Sequence record: SRR2962707_4944
Reading direction: 5' to 3' (one strand)
Length of the DNA stretch: 61,351 nucleotides
A program made the translations under genes and the position numbers. Within the stretch, counting starts at the first letter, position 1, and each line of letters starts with the position of its first letter. The notes under the pieces were generated by a model. That model was not told the origin of the DNA and did no database searches. It saw only the letters and a list, made by a program, of their open reading frames with translations. Positions 10,021 through 20,675 of the stretch are shown piece after piece.

Positions 10021-11577
10021 TCAATGCGCCTCGTCTTTGCTATCTGATTTGTAGTCCGACATTTTGCCCGGCGTCTCTAGCACGGTGGCAACATAGGCCT
10101 GCGCGCCGAACAACTGTTCCGCAATCGCTGTTGTGTACCGGGTCGTTGGTCCGGCAAAGACTGTGTGGGCCACCAGCAAAGCCAATAGACCACCAGCCGC
10201 GACGTAAGACAAAGCAGCAGGGGGCGGCGCGTCGGGCGTCTCTTCATCCCGTTCCACGCTTTTGGCTTTCCAGAACAGGATGCTGCCTGCCCGACCAAAC
10301 CCAACCACGCTGATCAAGCTAGAGCCAAGGACAACGGCCCAGATCCAGACCACATACGGTCCGTCAAAAGCGGCGTCCATCACCATCAGCTTACCGACAA
10401 AGCCGGACAAGGGCGGCAAACCGGCCATAGCAATCGCGGCGAGAAAGAACATTGCCGAGGTCAACGCCGCGCCGGAAATCATGGGTTGAGCCGTCAGAGT
10501 TAGATTGGCGCGTCCGGACCGCACAAGATCGGCGATCAGGAACAGGACACCGGCAGCCAAAGTCGAGTGCACGATATAATAAAGCGCAGCCGCCATGCCT
10601 TCGGGGGTGAACAAGGAAATCGCCACCATCACCATTCCCATAGAGCCAATAACCGCGAAAGCCACCAAACGATCCAGGTTTTTGGCCGCCAGCACGCCAA
10701 TCATCCCAATGGCAAGCGAGACAAGCGCTGCCGGAAGAAGCCACCAGCCATGTAGTCCGGCTGTGGCTTCAAGGTCGGGCGGGAATATCAGAGTGTAAAC
10801 CCGGATGATCGCATAGGCGCCGACCTTGGTCATAATCGCGAAAAGGGCCGCGACGGGCGCAGGGGCTTCGGCATAGCTGGATGGTAACCAGAAATGCAAC
10901 GGGACAACCGCCGCCTTAACCGCAAAGACCAACAGCAAAAGCACGGCAGCGACCCGGATGCCAACTGTGGCCGAAGGGTCAATCAGTTCCACCCGCTGGG
11001 ACAGATCCGCCATGTTCAAGGTGCCGGTCTCCGCATAGATCGCCCCAAGCGCGAATAGAAACAGGGTCGAACCGAGCAGGTTGTAAAGCACATATTGCAC
11101 GCCCGCCCGAAGCCTGACTGTCCCCCCGGCATGAATCATCAAGCCGTAGGACGCGATAAGAAGCACTTCGAAAAACACAAATAGGTTGAACAAGTCGCCT
11201 GTCAGAAACGCGCCCATAATCCCCATCAATTGGAATTGGAACAGCGCATGGAAATGTTTGCCGCGGTCATCCCATTCGGACCCGATGGAGTAAAGCAGGA
11301 CAAAGAACGCCAGCACTGCCGTAAGCAGAACCATCAGCGTGGAAAGCCGGTCACCGACCAGTACAATGCCGAAAGGCGCAGCCCAATCGCTAAGCTGGTA
11401 CAGGACAACGGTACCGTCCGACGTTTGCCAAGCCAATCCCGCAGCAATCGCCATGAGCGCAATGACCCCAACAAGGGAAATAACGCGCTGAATGCCGATA
11501 TGGTGGCGGGCCGTCAGTACAATGAAAGGTGCTAAAAAAGCGGGCAGCACAATCGGTAGAATGATCCAGTGGCTCAT
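10021..11577 (-). CDS. phaD: Mrp/Pha antiporter subunit D
   Basis: WAAPFGIVLVGDRLS, TGDLFNLFVFFEVLL, PLHFWLP, GLPPLSGFVGK. Confidence 0.92.
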   Translation of the reverse strand: MSHWIILPIVLPAFLAPFIVLTARHHIGIQRVISLVGVIALMAIAAGLAWQTSDGTVVLYQLSDWAAPFGIVLVGDRLSTLMVLLTAVLAFFVLLYSIGSEWDDRGKHFHALFQFQLMGIMGAFLTGDLFNLFVFFEVLLIASYGLMIHAGGTVRLRAGVQYVLYNLLGSTLFLFALGAIYAETGTLNMADLSQRVELIDPSATVGIRVAAVLLLLVFAVKAAVVPLHFWLPSSYAEAPAPVAALFAIMTKVGAYAIIRVYTLIFPPDLEATAGLHGWWLLPAALVSLAIGMIGVLAAKNLDRLVAFAVIGSMGMVMVAISLFTPEGMAAALYYIVHSTLAAGVLFLIADLVRSGRANLTLTAQPMISGAALTSAMFFLAAIAMAGLPPLSGFVGKLMVMDAAFDGPYVVWIWAVVLGSSLISVVGFGRAGSILFWKAKSVERDEETPDAPPPAALSYVAAGGLLALLVAHTVFAGPTTRYTTAIAEQLFGAQAYVATVLETPGKMSDYKSDSKDEAH

Positions 11578-11909
11578 TGGGCATCCTCGGTCTTAGGGTC
11601 TTCGACTTGGTCGTCATCGGCACCGAGATAAGCGCCTAAGGCGATCATCACGACGACAGCCGTCATGCCAAACGAAATCACAATAGCGGTCAGAACCAAT
11701 GCCTGCGGCAATGGATCTGTATAATTTGTGGCATCCGACAGGATCGGAGGCGCGCCAACGGTCAAACGGCCAGAGGCGAACAAAAACACGTTAACCGCGT
11801 AGGTCAGCAGCGAAACGCCCATAATTACAGGAAACGTCCGCAAGCGAAGTACAAGGTAAATACCTGCTGCGGTCAGAATGCCGACACCGGAAGCGACGAG
11901 AATTTCCAT
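11574..11909 (-). CDS. phaC: Mrp/Pha antiporter subunit C
   Basis: DPLPQALVLTAIVISF. Confidence 0.92.
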   Translation of the reverse strand: MEILVASGVGILTAAGIYLVLRLRTFPVIMGVSLLTYAVNVFLFASGRLTVGAPPILSDATNYTDPLPQALVLTAIVISFGMTAVVVMIALGAYLGADDDQVEDPKTEDAQ

Positions 11910-11911
11910 TG

Positions 11912-14773
11912 TTATGCCTCCACTTCTGATTTGGGATCATCACGTGAAGGATCAATATCCATAGGATGCTCCACATCAGGGACATGCGCTCTGCGAGCCA
12001 GCCGCGAGAAACTCTCCAAACTCAGCATCACTGCCCCGACAACCGCCAGGAAGACACCGAGATCGAACAGCGCCGCTGTTGCCAGCTCAAATTTTTCGAA
12101 CGGCGGGATACGCACATAGGTAAAGTCTGACGTCAGGAATGGTTTGCCGAAAAACCAAGATCCAATTCCGGTGAGACCAGCAATCAGCACCCCTGCCCCG
12201 ATCACCCCGTGATACGGGTACCGCAGACGCGCCGAGGCCCACGAGAAACCGCTCGCCATATATTGCATAACCATCGCGATCGAAACGATCAAACCCGCGA
12301 TAAATCCACCGCCCGGCTCATTATGGCCCCGTAGGAAGATGTAGAAGCCCACCATCAAGACCAAGGGCATGATGACACGTGTCATTACAACCATCATCAT
12401 CGGATGCATATTTCCGGCGATGGGTTGATCAGGCTTGCGGTTCAACAGACGCGCGCGCACCGGACCAGACAAAAGCGTTTCAGTCAGCGCGTAGATCAAT
12501 AGCGCAGCAATGCCGAGAACGATAATTTCGCCAAAGGTGTCAAAGCCCCGGAAATCCACGAGGATGACGTTCACAACATTGGTGCCCCCGCCACCTTTGT
12601 AGGAATTCGCCAGATGGAAATCCGAAATGCTGGGCGCGACGGTTTCTCGAAGCAACAGGTGATAAGACCAGGCCATCACGGCGACACCCGCCACAACGGC
12701 AATCGCCCCATCCCGTGTACGGCGCAAAACGCTGCTTTCGATGGGCGTTCGGTTTGGCAGAAAGTTCAAGGCCAACAACAACAAGACGATCGTGACCACT
12801 TCGACAGTGATCTGTGTCATTGCAAGGTCAGGTGCACTGAAGAACACAAAACCAACAGAGACCACCAAGCCGACGATCCCGATTAAAATCAGCGAAAGCA
12901 GGCGGTTGCGATGCAGGAAGACAAGACCCAAGGTCGCCCCAACCAGCATCACCCAGCCAATCACCTGAACAACGCTTGTCGACTGGAGCGCCCTCGTCGC
13001 GGGCCCAACCATGCCTGTCGCCCAAGCGTGGTACCCAACCGCGACAATTGTCACAATCAGCGTGGCGGCATAACGAGAAAAGGCACCGTCGTGCAGCGGA
13101 TGAATGATGCGATGAGACAATGAGACAAATGCCGAAATGATCGCATCGAAAATTTGCTTTGCCTCGGGGCGCGGCGCGGCATCCCAAACCCGTAGTGCTG
13201 GCTTGAAGATGATCAGCATCAAGAGACCGCCGCCTACGGCAATTATGGACATGTAAAGTGCGGGTGTCAGGCCGTGCCAAATCTTGAAATAGGCCTTAGG
13301 AACTTCAAGCACGCCGCCCAGAACTGAATGCGTAACCAATTTGACAAAAGGTTCCGCGACAAACGGGGCCACACCGATAACCACGACCAGAACAACCAAA
13401 AGCGCCGGCGGCAGCCAAAGGCCCGCACCCGGATCATGCGGTTTAGCCGGATAGTCGTCGCGCACAGGGCCAAGGAACACATGGCCGATCAGGCGAAAGC
13501 AATACGCCGCCGAGAACAGGGACCCAATGGTTGCAAGCACCGGGACCAAGTAATGAGAATCAAATAGGATCGTGTGATGGGCCTCTTCCAGCATCATTTC
13601 TTTTGACAGGAAACCATTCAACAAAGGAATCCCTGCCATGGAAAGCGCCGCGAGTGTCGCAATTCCGAACGTGACCGGCATCAGATGACGCAGCCCGCCT
13701 AAACGCCGGATATCGCGGGTGTGGGTTTCGTGGTCGATGATCCCCGCGGACATGAACAACGCGGCTTTGAATGTTGCGTGGTTCAAAATGTGGAACACGG
13801 CCGCCATTGCGCCAAAGGCCGTCCCCGTGCCCAAAAGCATCGTGATCAGGCCAAGGTGGCTAACGGTTGAAAATGCCAGCAGCGCTTTAAGGTCATGTTT
13901 AAAGAGGGCAATCACCGCGCCCAGAACCATTGTGATCAAGCCCGCAGACGTCACAATATAGAACCATTCAGGCGTACCAGACAGCACAGGCCACATGCGC
14001 GCCATCAGGAAAATACCCGCTTTAACCATGGTGGCAGAGTGCAGGTAGGCTGAAACCGGCGTTGGGGCTGCCATGGCATGCGGCAACCAAAAGTGGAACG
14101 GGAATTGCGCGGACTTTGTGAAACAACCCAGCAAGATCAGGATGAGTGCGGGAACATAAAGCGGCGAGTCTTGGATCAGATCCCGGTTCTGCAAAATGAC
14201 ACTTAGATCATAGCTTCCGACAATCTGCCCCAGAATGATCATGCCACCGATCATCGCCAGACCGCCCATGCCTGTGACGGTCAGCGCCATTCTGGCCCCC
14301 TGGCGTCCTTCGGGAAGATGCTTCCAATAGCCGATCAACAGGAAGGACGAAAGCGAAGTCAACTCCCAGAAAATAAGCAAAAGCAATATGTTGTCGCTCA
14401 GAACAATCCCGACCATCGCGCCTTGAAACAGCAACAGATAGGTAAAAAATTCGCCCATATTGTCTTCGCGCGCCAAATAGAACCGGGCGTATGTGATGAT
14501 CAGCAAACCAATGCCAAGGATCAAACAGGCAAAGAAGAAGCCCAGTCCATCAAGCATCAGCGTGACGTTCAACCCAAGTATAGGAATCCAATCTAACTGG
14601 GCCGTGACAAGTTCCCCATTCAATACAGCAGGAAGATTTGTCAGAAGACCGACGAGCGCCGCCAGGCTAACGGTGAATGTGACTCCGGCGCAGGCTTGGC
14701 GCCCTGCGGAATTCATCAGGCCGGGCAGCAGCGCCCCAAGAAAGGGCAAAGCAACGATAAGGAAGAGGGACAC
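11912..14773 (-). CDS. phaA: Mrp/Pha antiporter fused subunit A/B
   Basis: KSAQFPFHFWLPHAMAAPTPVSAYLHSATMVKAG, VNVILVDFRGFDTFGE, GHNEPGGGF; GTG start with AGGAG RBS. Confidence 0.93.
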   Translation of the reverse strand: MSLFLIVALPFLGALLPGLMNSAGRQACAGVTFTVSLAALVGLLTNLPAVLNGELVTAQLDWIPILGLNVTLMLDGLGFFFACLILGIGLLIITYARFYLAREDNMGEFFTYLLLFQGAMVGIVLSDNILLLLIFWELTSLSSFLLIGYWKHLPEGRQGARMALTVTGMGGLAMIGGMIILGQIVGSYDLSVILQNRDLIQDSPLYVPALILILLGCFTKSAQFPFHFWLPHAMAAPTPVSAYLHSATMVKAGIFLMARMWPVLSGTPEWFYIVTSAGLITMVLGAVIALFKHDLKALLAFSTVSHLGLITMLLGTGTAFGAMAAVFHILNHATFKAALFMSAGIIDHETHTRDIRRLGGLRHLMPVTFGIATLAALSMAGIPLLNGFLSKEMMLEEAHHTILFDSHYLVPVLATIGSLFSAAYCFRLIGHVFLGPVRDDYPAKPHDPGAGLWLPPALLVVLVVVIGVAPFVAEPFVKLVTHSVLGGVLEVPKAYFKIWHGLTPALYMSIIAVGGGLLMLIIFKPALRVWDAAPRPEAKQIFDAIISAFVSLSHRIIHPLHDGAFSRYAATLIVTIVAVGYHAWATGMVGPATRALQSTSVVQVIGWVMLVGATLGLVFLHRNRLLSLILIGIVGLVVSVGFVFFSAPDLAMTQITVEVVTIVLLLLALNFLPNRTPIESSVLRRTRDGAIAVVAGVAVMAWSYHLLLRETVAPSISDFHLANSYKGGGGTNVVNVILVDFRGFDTFGEIIVLGIAALLIYALTETLLSGPVRARLLNRKPDQPIAGNMHPMMMVVMTRVIMPLVLMVGFYIFLRGHNEPGGGFIAGLIVSIAMVMQYMASGFSWASARLRYPYHGVIGAGVLIAGLTGIGSWFFGKPFLTSDFTYVRIPPFEKFELATAALFDLGVFLAVVGAVMLSLESFSRLARRAHVPDVEHPMDIDPSRDDPKSEVEA

Positions 14774-15301
14774 GCGAACTCCTGATCTATGGGTCTGAAA
14801 GTTTTAACGCTTTTCTGACAAATTGGACGGTACCTCAAGGGAAACCGGAAGCATGGGACGAAAATCTTGTAGTTTTTGTCAGAAGGCACGCTTGCCGGAC
14901 TAAAGACCGAGCCCTGACAACGGTCATTTAATGAGGATTGGGATCACAACCAGTGTCAACAGCTGCGACCTATTGGCCATCGCCAGGTTTTTCGGAACGT
15001 TCAAGCTGTCAATGGGTCGCGAATATCAGCACATGTTGCCCAGCTAGAGCTTCGCTGAAAAATTGAACTGTATCTGGTGAGCCTGAAAACACTATGCAGG
15101 CTTCGCCAAATTTCCATCAACAGTGATTCTGTGTGTGACTTAAATCAGCAGCATCCGGCGCATGATATCCGAAAGAGCGGCATGATCGCTCCAAACTGTT
15201 TTGCAGGGCGTCCATGCGTTCAGAATCCGGTCACAAATGATGATTTGGCACCCTACAGGATAATTCCGAGACCTTGCTTAGTTCGAACCTTGTTCAATGA
15301 A

Positions 15302-15326
15302 AAAGGGCAGCCCAAGGCTGCCCTTT
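15302..15326 (-). terminator. intrinsic terminator after the FAH-family gene
   Basis: AAAGGGCAGCC-caa-GGCTGCCCTTT. Confidence 0.7.
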
Positions 15327-15348
15327 AATAGCCAGAAGCAAACTCTGT

Positions 15349-16194
15349 TTATTCTGCCGCAACGGTGACTTGACGTTGACGGCCCAAACCTTCGACTTCG
15401 ATCTCCATCTCGTCGCCAGGCTTTAAAAAGCGCGGCGGCTTCATGCCCATGCCAACACCAGACGGCGTACCGGTGGAAATGATGTCGCCAGGCACCAGTT
15501 TCATGAATTGGGACATGTGGCTTACGATCTGCGCAACCGTAAAGATCATGTCAGATGTATTGCTGTCCTGAACGGTTTCACCATTCAAATCGAGCGTCAC
15601 TCGAAGCGCCTGAGGATCTGGAACCTCATCTGCGGTTACAAGGTACGGCCCAATTGGCGCAAATGTTGGGGCTGACTTGCCTTTGAGCCATTGACCACTG
15701 CGTTCCAGCTGAAATTCGCGCTCAGACATATCGTTGACCGTGCAATACCCCGCGACATAATCGAGCGCGTCTTCTTCGGAGACATAAAGCGTGTCACGAC
15801 CAATCACGACGCCCAGCTCAACTTCCCAATCAGCCTTGGTTGATTTGCGGGGAATGATGACGGGGTCGAACGGACCAGACAGCGACGACGTCGCCTTGTT
15901 GAAAAGAACCGGCTCTTTTGGTGGCTCCATGCCACTTTCCTTGGCGTGCAACATATAGTTGAGGCCAACGCAGTAGAAATTCGGCACGCTGCTTAGACAA
16001 GCGCCAATTCGGCCAGGCTCTTCAACAACCGGCAGTGCATCAATATCTACATCCGCCAGTTTCGCCAACGCCTCAACAGAGACCGCTTCACCTGAAAGAT
16101 TCGGGACGTGCGCCGAGATATCCCGGACCTTGCCATCACTGCCAAGCACGCCAGTTTTTTCGCTTCCGGCCACGCCGTATCGCAACAATTTCAT
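15349..16194 (-). CDS. FAH-family hydrolase (2,4-diketo-3-deoxy-aldonate hydrolase-like)
   Basis: CVGLNY..HAKESG, DWEVELGVVIG, NDMSEREFQ, KGKS, PGDIISTGTPSGVG. Confidence 0.8.
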   Translation of the reverse strand: MKLLRYGVAGSEKTGVLGSDGKVRDISAHVPNLSGEAVSVEALAKLADVDIDALPVVEEPGRIGACLSSVPNFYCVGLNYMLHAKESGMEPPKEPVLFNKATSSLSGPFDPVIIPRKSTKADWEVELGVVIGRDTLYVSEEDALDYVAGYCTVNDMSEREFQLERSGQWLKGKSAPTFAPIGPYLVTADEVPDPQALRVTLDLNGETVQDSNTSDMIFTVAQIVSHMSQFMKLVPGDIISTGTPSGVGMGMKPPRFLKPGDEMEIEVEGLGRQRQVTVAAE

Positions 16195-16236
16195 GTCGTT
16201 TTCCTTACACTTAATGAATAACTGATTGTGAGTAGA

Positions 16237-16911
16237 TTACGCTGTGTCGGCAGCGATCTCCTCTGCTTCGTCATGCTCAAACCGATGGCGAATATTGATC
16301 AACAAATGCTCTAGGTGCGCATGGATTTGGCCCTTGGCCTGATCTGCGTCGCGGTTCATCAATCCCTGAACGATCCCCGTATGCTGACGAAGAACCCGAT
16401 CCCGCGACCTTCGTCGAATCGCCGATAAGTAGCGTGCGCGCCACAGCCGAGATAGATAGGCGGCGTGAGTTTCGGCTAATGATGGATTATGAGACGCCTC
16501 TGCAATCGCGATATGGAAACTCATGTCAATTTCGAACACGTCTATCGAATCCATCGAATCGTAGTTTTCTTCCATATAGATCTGAAGCGACGCGATGTTC
16601 TCAATTTCCGCCTGAGACGCCCGCTGGCAGGCAAGCTCACCCGACAAAATCTCCAAGGCGCACAGGACTTCGATCCAATCTGTCACTTCCTTCAGGGTAG
16701 GCTTTGCGACAATCGGACTGCGAGATGGACGCAAAATAACAAGGCCCTCTTTGGACAATATGCGAATCGCTTCGCGCATTGGAGTCCGGCTTACTCCCAT
16801 CTCTGCGGCATTATCGCGCTCTTTAATTGAATCTCCCGGTGCTAACGTCCCTCGCAGAATATCACGTCGCAATTGTTGCGCAATCTGCTCTGGCAGCGTT
16901 CTGTCGCCCAT
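16237..16911 (-). CDS. GntR (FadR/FCD) family regulator
   Basis: LAPGDSIKE...GVSRTPMREAIRILSKEGLV HTH; FHIAIAEASHN FCD motif. Confidence 0.9.
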   Translation of the reverse strand: MGDRTLPEQIAQQLRRDILRGTLAPGDSIKERDNAAEMGVSRTPMREAIRILSKEGLVILRPSRSPIVAKPTLKEVTDWIEVLCALEILSGELACQRASQAEIENIASLQIYMEENYDSMDSIDVFEIDMSFHIAIAEASHNPSLAETHAAYLSRLWRARYLSAIRRRSRDRVLRQHTGIVQGLMNRDADQAKGQIHAHLEHLLINIRHRFEHDEAEEIAADTA

Positions 16912-16991
16912 CAGGTAGTCCTTTATTCGTCTGACACGTGAGAATTCAGCGTAAATGATCTAAATTCACTTGCCCAACACAACTTTCGGTA

Positions 16992-17005
16992 TTTGGTATA
17001 CCAAA
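16992..17005. promoter_or_regulatory. GntR/FadR-type operator, site 1
   Basis: Perfect palindrome TTTGGTATACCAAA in the gntR/dctP divergent region. Confidence 0.75.
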
Positions 17006-17048
17006 ACCTGTTGATTGTCGAGCGCGCTTTCGTTAGCGTCTTGTCAGG

Positions 17049-17060
17049 ATGGTATACCAT
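17049..17060. promoter_or_regulatory. GntR/FadR-type operator, site 2
   Basis: Perfect palindrome ATGGTATACCAT. Confidence 0.7.
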
Positions 17061-17128
17061 TCCGGGGTGATCTTCAAAAATCATCCTGCTTAGGAGACTG
17101 CGGTTTCGGCCGCTTGGGAGGAATTAGA

Positions 17129-18142
17129 ATGAAAATTAGCACACTACTTAAGTCGACAGCGATGCTTGCTATGATCGCCGGCGCTGCGCAGGCGGAAACG
17201 ACACTGCGCATCCAGACACACTATGCGACAGAACATCCAACCGGTAAAATGCTTGCCACATGGATTGATGACGTTCAGACGATGTCTGGCGGCGAAATCT
17301 CGATCGAGATGTTCTACTCGTCTTCGGTTGTTGCGACGGTTGAAACATTTGACGCCGCGATCAACGGCATCGTGGATTGTGACGCAACAGGCGGCGCTTA
17401 TCAGACAGGTAAGAACCCTGCGTTCCAGTTTGTTGGCGACATCATGGGTGGTTACGACACACCTTGGCAGCAGTACAGCTGGCTTTATTACGGTGGCGGC
17501 TACGAAGCAGCTCAAGAACTGTATAACGCACAGGGCATGCAGCTGATTGGTTGGGCCGTTTATGGTCAGGAATCATTTGCCTCGTCCAAGCCGATTGCTG
17601 GACCAGCAGATCTGGTTGGCTGGAAGTTCCGTTCACCTCCCGGAATGGAAACCGAAATCTTCGAAAAAATGGGCGCCTCGCCGATCGTAATGGATTTCAC
17701 AGAAATCTTTACCGCATTGGAAACAGGCATCATCGACGGCGCGGATGCGTCTGGTTTGGCCAACAACGTTGGTCTGGGTCTTTATGACATCGTTAAGCAC
17801 GCCAACTACCCTGGCTTCCACTCGATGCCATCTGACCACCTGGCATGTAACCAGTCTGTCTGGGAAGGCCTGACCGAACAAGAGCGTCGGATCATCGAAA
17901 CAGCTTGGCAGAAACTTTCCTTCCAAATCGCCATGCTGAACGAAAAAGCCAATACCGAAGCTGCAGCAATGCTGCAGGAACAAGGTGTGACACTTTACGC
18001 TTGGTCGATGGAAGATCGCATTGAGTTCCGTAAGGCGGCTCAGGCGGCATGGGACGATTGGGCCACACGTAGCCCAGAAGCCGCTGCCCTTGTGGACAGC
18101 CACAAAGCCTACCTGAAACAGCTGGGCCTGATCGGCGGATAA
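17129..18142 (+). CDS. dctP: TRAP solute-binding protein
   Basis: Signal peptide (AAQA-E), DLVGWKFRSPP, EIFTALETGIIDGAD; GGGAGG RBS. Confidence 0.9.
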   Translation: MKISTLLKSTAMLAMIAGAAQAETTLRIQTHYATEHPTGKMLATWIDDVQTMSGGEISIEMFYSSSVVATVETFDAAINGIVDCDATGGAYQTGKNPAFQFVGDIMGGYDTPWQQYSWLYYGGGYEAAQELYNAQGMQLIGWAVYGQESFASSKPIAGPADLVGWKFRSPPGMETEIFEKMGASPIVMDFTEIFTALETGIIDGADASGLANNVGLGLYDIVKHANYPGFHSMPSDHLACNQSVWEGLTEQERRIIETAWQKLSFQIAMLNEKANTEAAAMLQEQGVTLYAWSMEDRIEFRKAAQAAWDDWATRSPEAAALVDSHKAYLKQLGLIGG

Positions 18143-18173
18143 TCAGGTTGCGTCTTTAGGACAATCACCAATT

Positions 18174-18203
18174 AGGCGGGTCCAGATTGGACCCGCCTTT
18201 TTC
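18174..18203 (+). terminator. hairpin after dctP (terminator or mRNA stabiliser)
   Basis: AGGCGGGTCCA-gat-TGGACCCGCCT followed by a T run. Confidence 0.65.
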
Positions 18204-18249
18204 AACCGAATAAAATATTCGGATATGAGACCATGTGTGGAGGCATGTA

Positions 18250-19062
18250 ATGCAAGAGAATTCGCTTTTTCTTGGGCGATTTCGGGGACAGGTCAAGTTA
18301 GGAATGATCGTATTTAGCGCGATCACAGTGGCGCTATATATCATCTTAGTTGCACTTAGGATTTTCACAGAAGACTCCTATGGCATGTTCGAAATGATCC
18401 GACCCGCAGGACGTCCGATGGTTCAGCTGACGCTCGGGTGTTTTTCGATCGCCCTGATTTTAGCTTCGCTGTTTTTGTCAGACAAAAAAGGTGCGATTGA
18501 AACGGATCCTGACGGGTTCTTCGACCTCGTATCTGTTGTGCTCGGACGTCTAGCCATGATTATGACCACCTTCGTCGTGTTGGTCATGTTTTATGAAGTA
18601 GTTTCGCGCTACGTCTTTTTGAGACCAACGCTGTGGGCCAATGAGCTTTCTTTATGGATTGCGTGTTTTGTGTTCTTGCTGGCAGGGCTTTACGCCATGC
18701 AACAGCGCAGTCACATCCGCATCTATATCATCTACGATATGATGCCTCGCTGGGCGAAAAAGACCTCTGATGTTGTGTCGGTTCTGCTGATCGTCGGCTT
18801 TACCTTTGCGCTTGTTTGGGGCGGGTATACGGACGCGGAAAACCGGTTCCTTCGTATGGAGACCTTTGGTACCGCGTGGGATCCACCCATTCCAGGCATC
18901 GTAAAACCAGCCCTTCTGATCATCATTGTCTTGGTCTGTGTTCAGGCTGTTTCCAACCTCATTGCAGATTGGAACAAAGAGCCAGAATCGCACTCTCCGG
19001 CTGATGAGATTGACGAGACCGAAATCGAGAACATTCGTCGCACACTTGAGGAAAAGAACTAA
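18250..19062 (+). CDS. dctQ: TRAP small permease with an N-terminal extension
   Basis: YEVVSRYVF..PTLWANELS, SHIRIYIIYD; two extra N-terminal hydrophobic segments. Confidence 0.85.
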   Translation: MQENSLFLGRFRGQVKLGMIVFSAITVALYIILVALRIFTEDSYGMFEMIRPAGRPMVQLTLGCFSIALILASLFLSDKKGAIETDPDGFFDLVSVVLGRLAMIMTTFVVLVMFYEVVSRYVFLRPTLWANELSLWIACFVFLLAGLYAMQQRSHIRIYIIYDMMPRWAKKTSDVVSVLLIVGFTFALVWGGYTDAENRFLRMETFGTAWDPPIPGIVKPALLIIIVLVCVQAVSNLIADWNKEPESHSPADEIDETEIENIRRTLEEKN

Positions 19063-20657
19063 TGGTCGATATTGGTACACTCTCTCTTATCGTTTTGCTG
19101 GGCATGTTTGCCCTGCTGGCGATTGGCATGCCACTCGGCTTTGCCTCGGCGTTTTTGGCGGTGGTAACCCTGTCGCTCAAGTTCCCACCCGACCTGCTTT
19201 GGGGCGACTTTGGCCGTGGTCCTTTGTCCGTTTTGGCGCAGGCCGTATATCGACAGATGACCAACTACGTACTGATATCGGTGCCGCTCTTCATATTCAT
19301 GGCCGCGCTTCTAGAAAGATCTGGAATTGCGCGGGATATGTATTCCTCACTGAACGTGTGGATGAGCCGGACCCGAGGTGGTATCGCGATTGTGACCTCG
19401 ATCATGGCCGTTATCATGGCTGCCATGTCAGGTATCATCGGCGGCGAAGTGGTACTGTTGGGCCTAATCGCTCTGCCTCAGATGCTTAGGTTGGGCTACG
19501 ACCGCAACCTTGCGATCGGAACAATCTGTGCGTCCGGATCTTTGGGAACAATGATTCCGCCGTCCATCGTTCTGATCTTCTATGGTCTGGTAACTGAAAC
19601 CTCGATCAAAGCCTTGTTCACGGCATCCTTCTTGCCTGGCTTTATGCTGGCCTCCTTCTTTATCCTCTACATTGTCATTCGGACACGGATGAACACCTCT
19701 TTGGCCCCTTTGCCAGAGCCAGTCCCAGGAGAGCCTGAAGGCAGCGAAAAAGGCCTTATGTTCCTGGGCTTCCTGTCACGGTTTGCCATGTGGGTCACAG
19801 GTGTTTTGTTCCTCCGCGCGATGTTCTTTACCGTTATCGGTGAAAACGCAGTACGGGAAAACGAAGACCCGATCCCGCTTGGAATGGTGTCGGATATTCC
19901 TTGGATCGTCGGGGCGTTTGCCATCTTTACGATCATTGTCTTTGTGGTTGTGGGCCGTGAGCGCACAGCAAAAGGCTGGGAAATGGGCAAAGGTTTGATC
20001 GCACCGATCGTCGTGATTGGCGTTGTTCTTGGCTCTATCTACGGTGGGATCACTGGCATTACTGAAGCGGCCGGCATGGGCGCAATCGCCGTGTTTGTCA
20101 TCGGTATGGTGCGTCGGGAAATGACCTTTGAAATCGTTTGGGACAGCTTGATCCGAACGCTCAAATCAACCGGGACTATTATCTGGGTAACCATCGGCGC
20201 AGCTGCACTTGCCGCGGCTTATACTCTGGTGGGCGGCCCAACCTATGTGGCCAACATGATCGTTGGGGCAGACATGCCCACGATGGGAATCATTCTGGTA
20301 ATGATGTTCGTCTTCCTGATCATGGGGATGTTCATGGACTGGGTCGGTATTGTTCTGTTGATCATGCCTGTGTTCCTGCCGATCGTTCTGCGTCTTCCTG
20401 CAGAAGAAATCGGGTTCTTGGGACATGTCGAACCTCGCTATGTCGCAGTTTGGTTTGGTGTGGTGTTCTGTATGAACATGCAGGTCAGCTTCCTGTCACC
20501 ACCCTTTGGTCCAGCGGCCTTCTATCTGAAGTCCGTGGCGCCACCGGAGATCTCACTGACAGATATCTTCCGGGGTTTCCTGCCGTTCATCGCACTCCAG
20601 CTGCTGGCCTTGTCGGTCCTGCTGATCTGGCCACCGATTATTACGATCTTCTTGTAA
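19062..20657 (+). CDS. dctM: TRAP large permease
   Basis: SVPLFIFMA, SGSLGTMIPPSIVLI, SFLSPPFG. Confidence 0.92.
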   Translation: MVDIGTLSLIVLLGMFALLAIGMPLGFASAFLAVVTLSLKFPPDLLWGDFGRGPLSVLAQAVYRQMTNYVLISVPLFIFMAALLERSGIARDMYSSLNVWMSRTRGGIAIVTSIMAVIMAAMSGIIGGEVVLLGLIALPQMLRLGYDRNLAIGTICASGSLGTMIPPSIVLIFYGLVTETSIKALFTASFLPGFMLASFFILYIVIRTRMNTSLAPLPEPVPGEPEGSEKGLMFLGFLSRFAMWVTGVLFLRAMFFTVIGENAVRENEDPIPLGMVSDIPWIVGAFAIFTIIVFVVVGRERTAKGWEMGKGLIAPIVVIGVVLGSIYGGITGITEAAGMGAIAVFVIGMVRREMTFEIVWDSLIRTLKSTGTIIWVTIGAAALAAAYTLVGGPTYVANMIVGADMPTMGIILVMMFVFLIMGMFMDWVGIVLLIMPVFLPIVLRLPAEEIGFLGHVEPRYVAVWFGVVFCMNMQVSFLSPPFGPAAFYLKSVAPPEISLTDIFRGFLPFIALQLLALSVLLIWPPIITIFL

Positions 20658-20675
20658 GATCTAAATCCTAACAAT

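Noticed and set aside
15077-15328. 83-aa ORF between phaA and the FAH-family gene
   Set aside because: GTG start without a clear RBS, no motif, and it runs through a terminator hairpin
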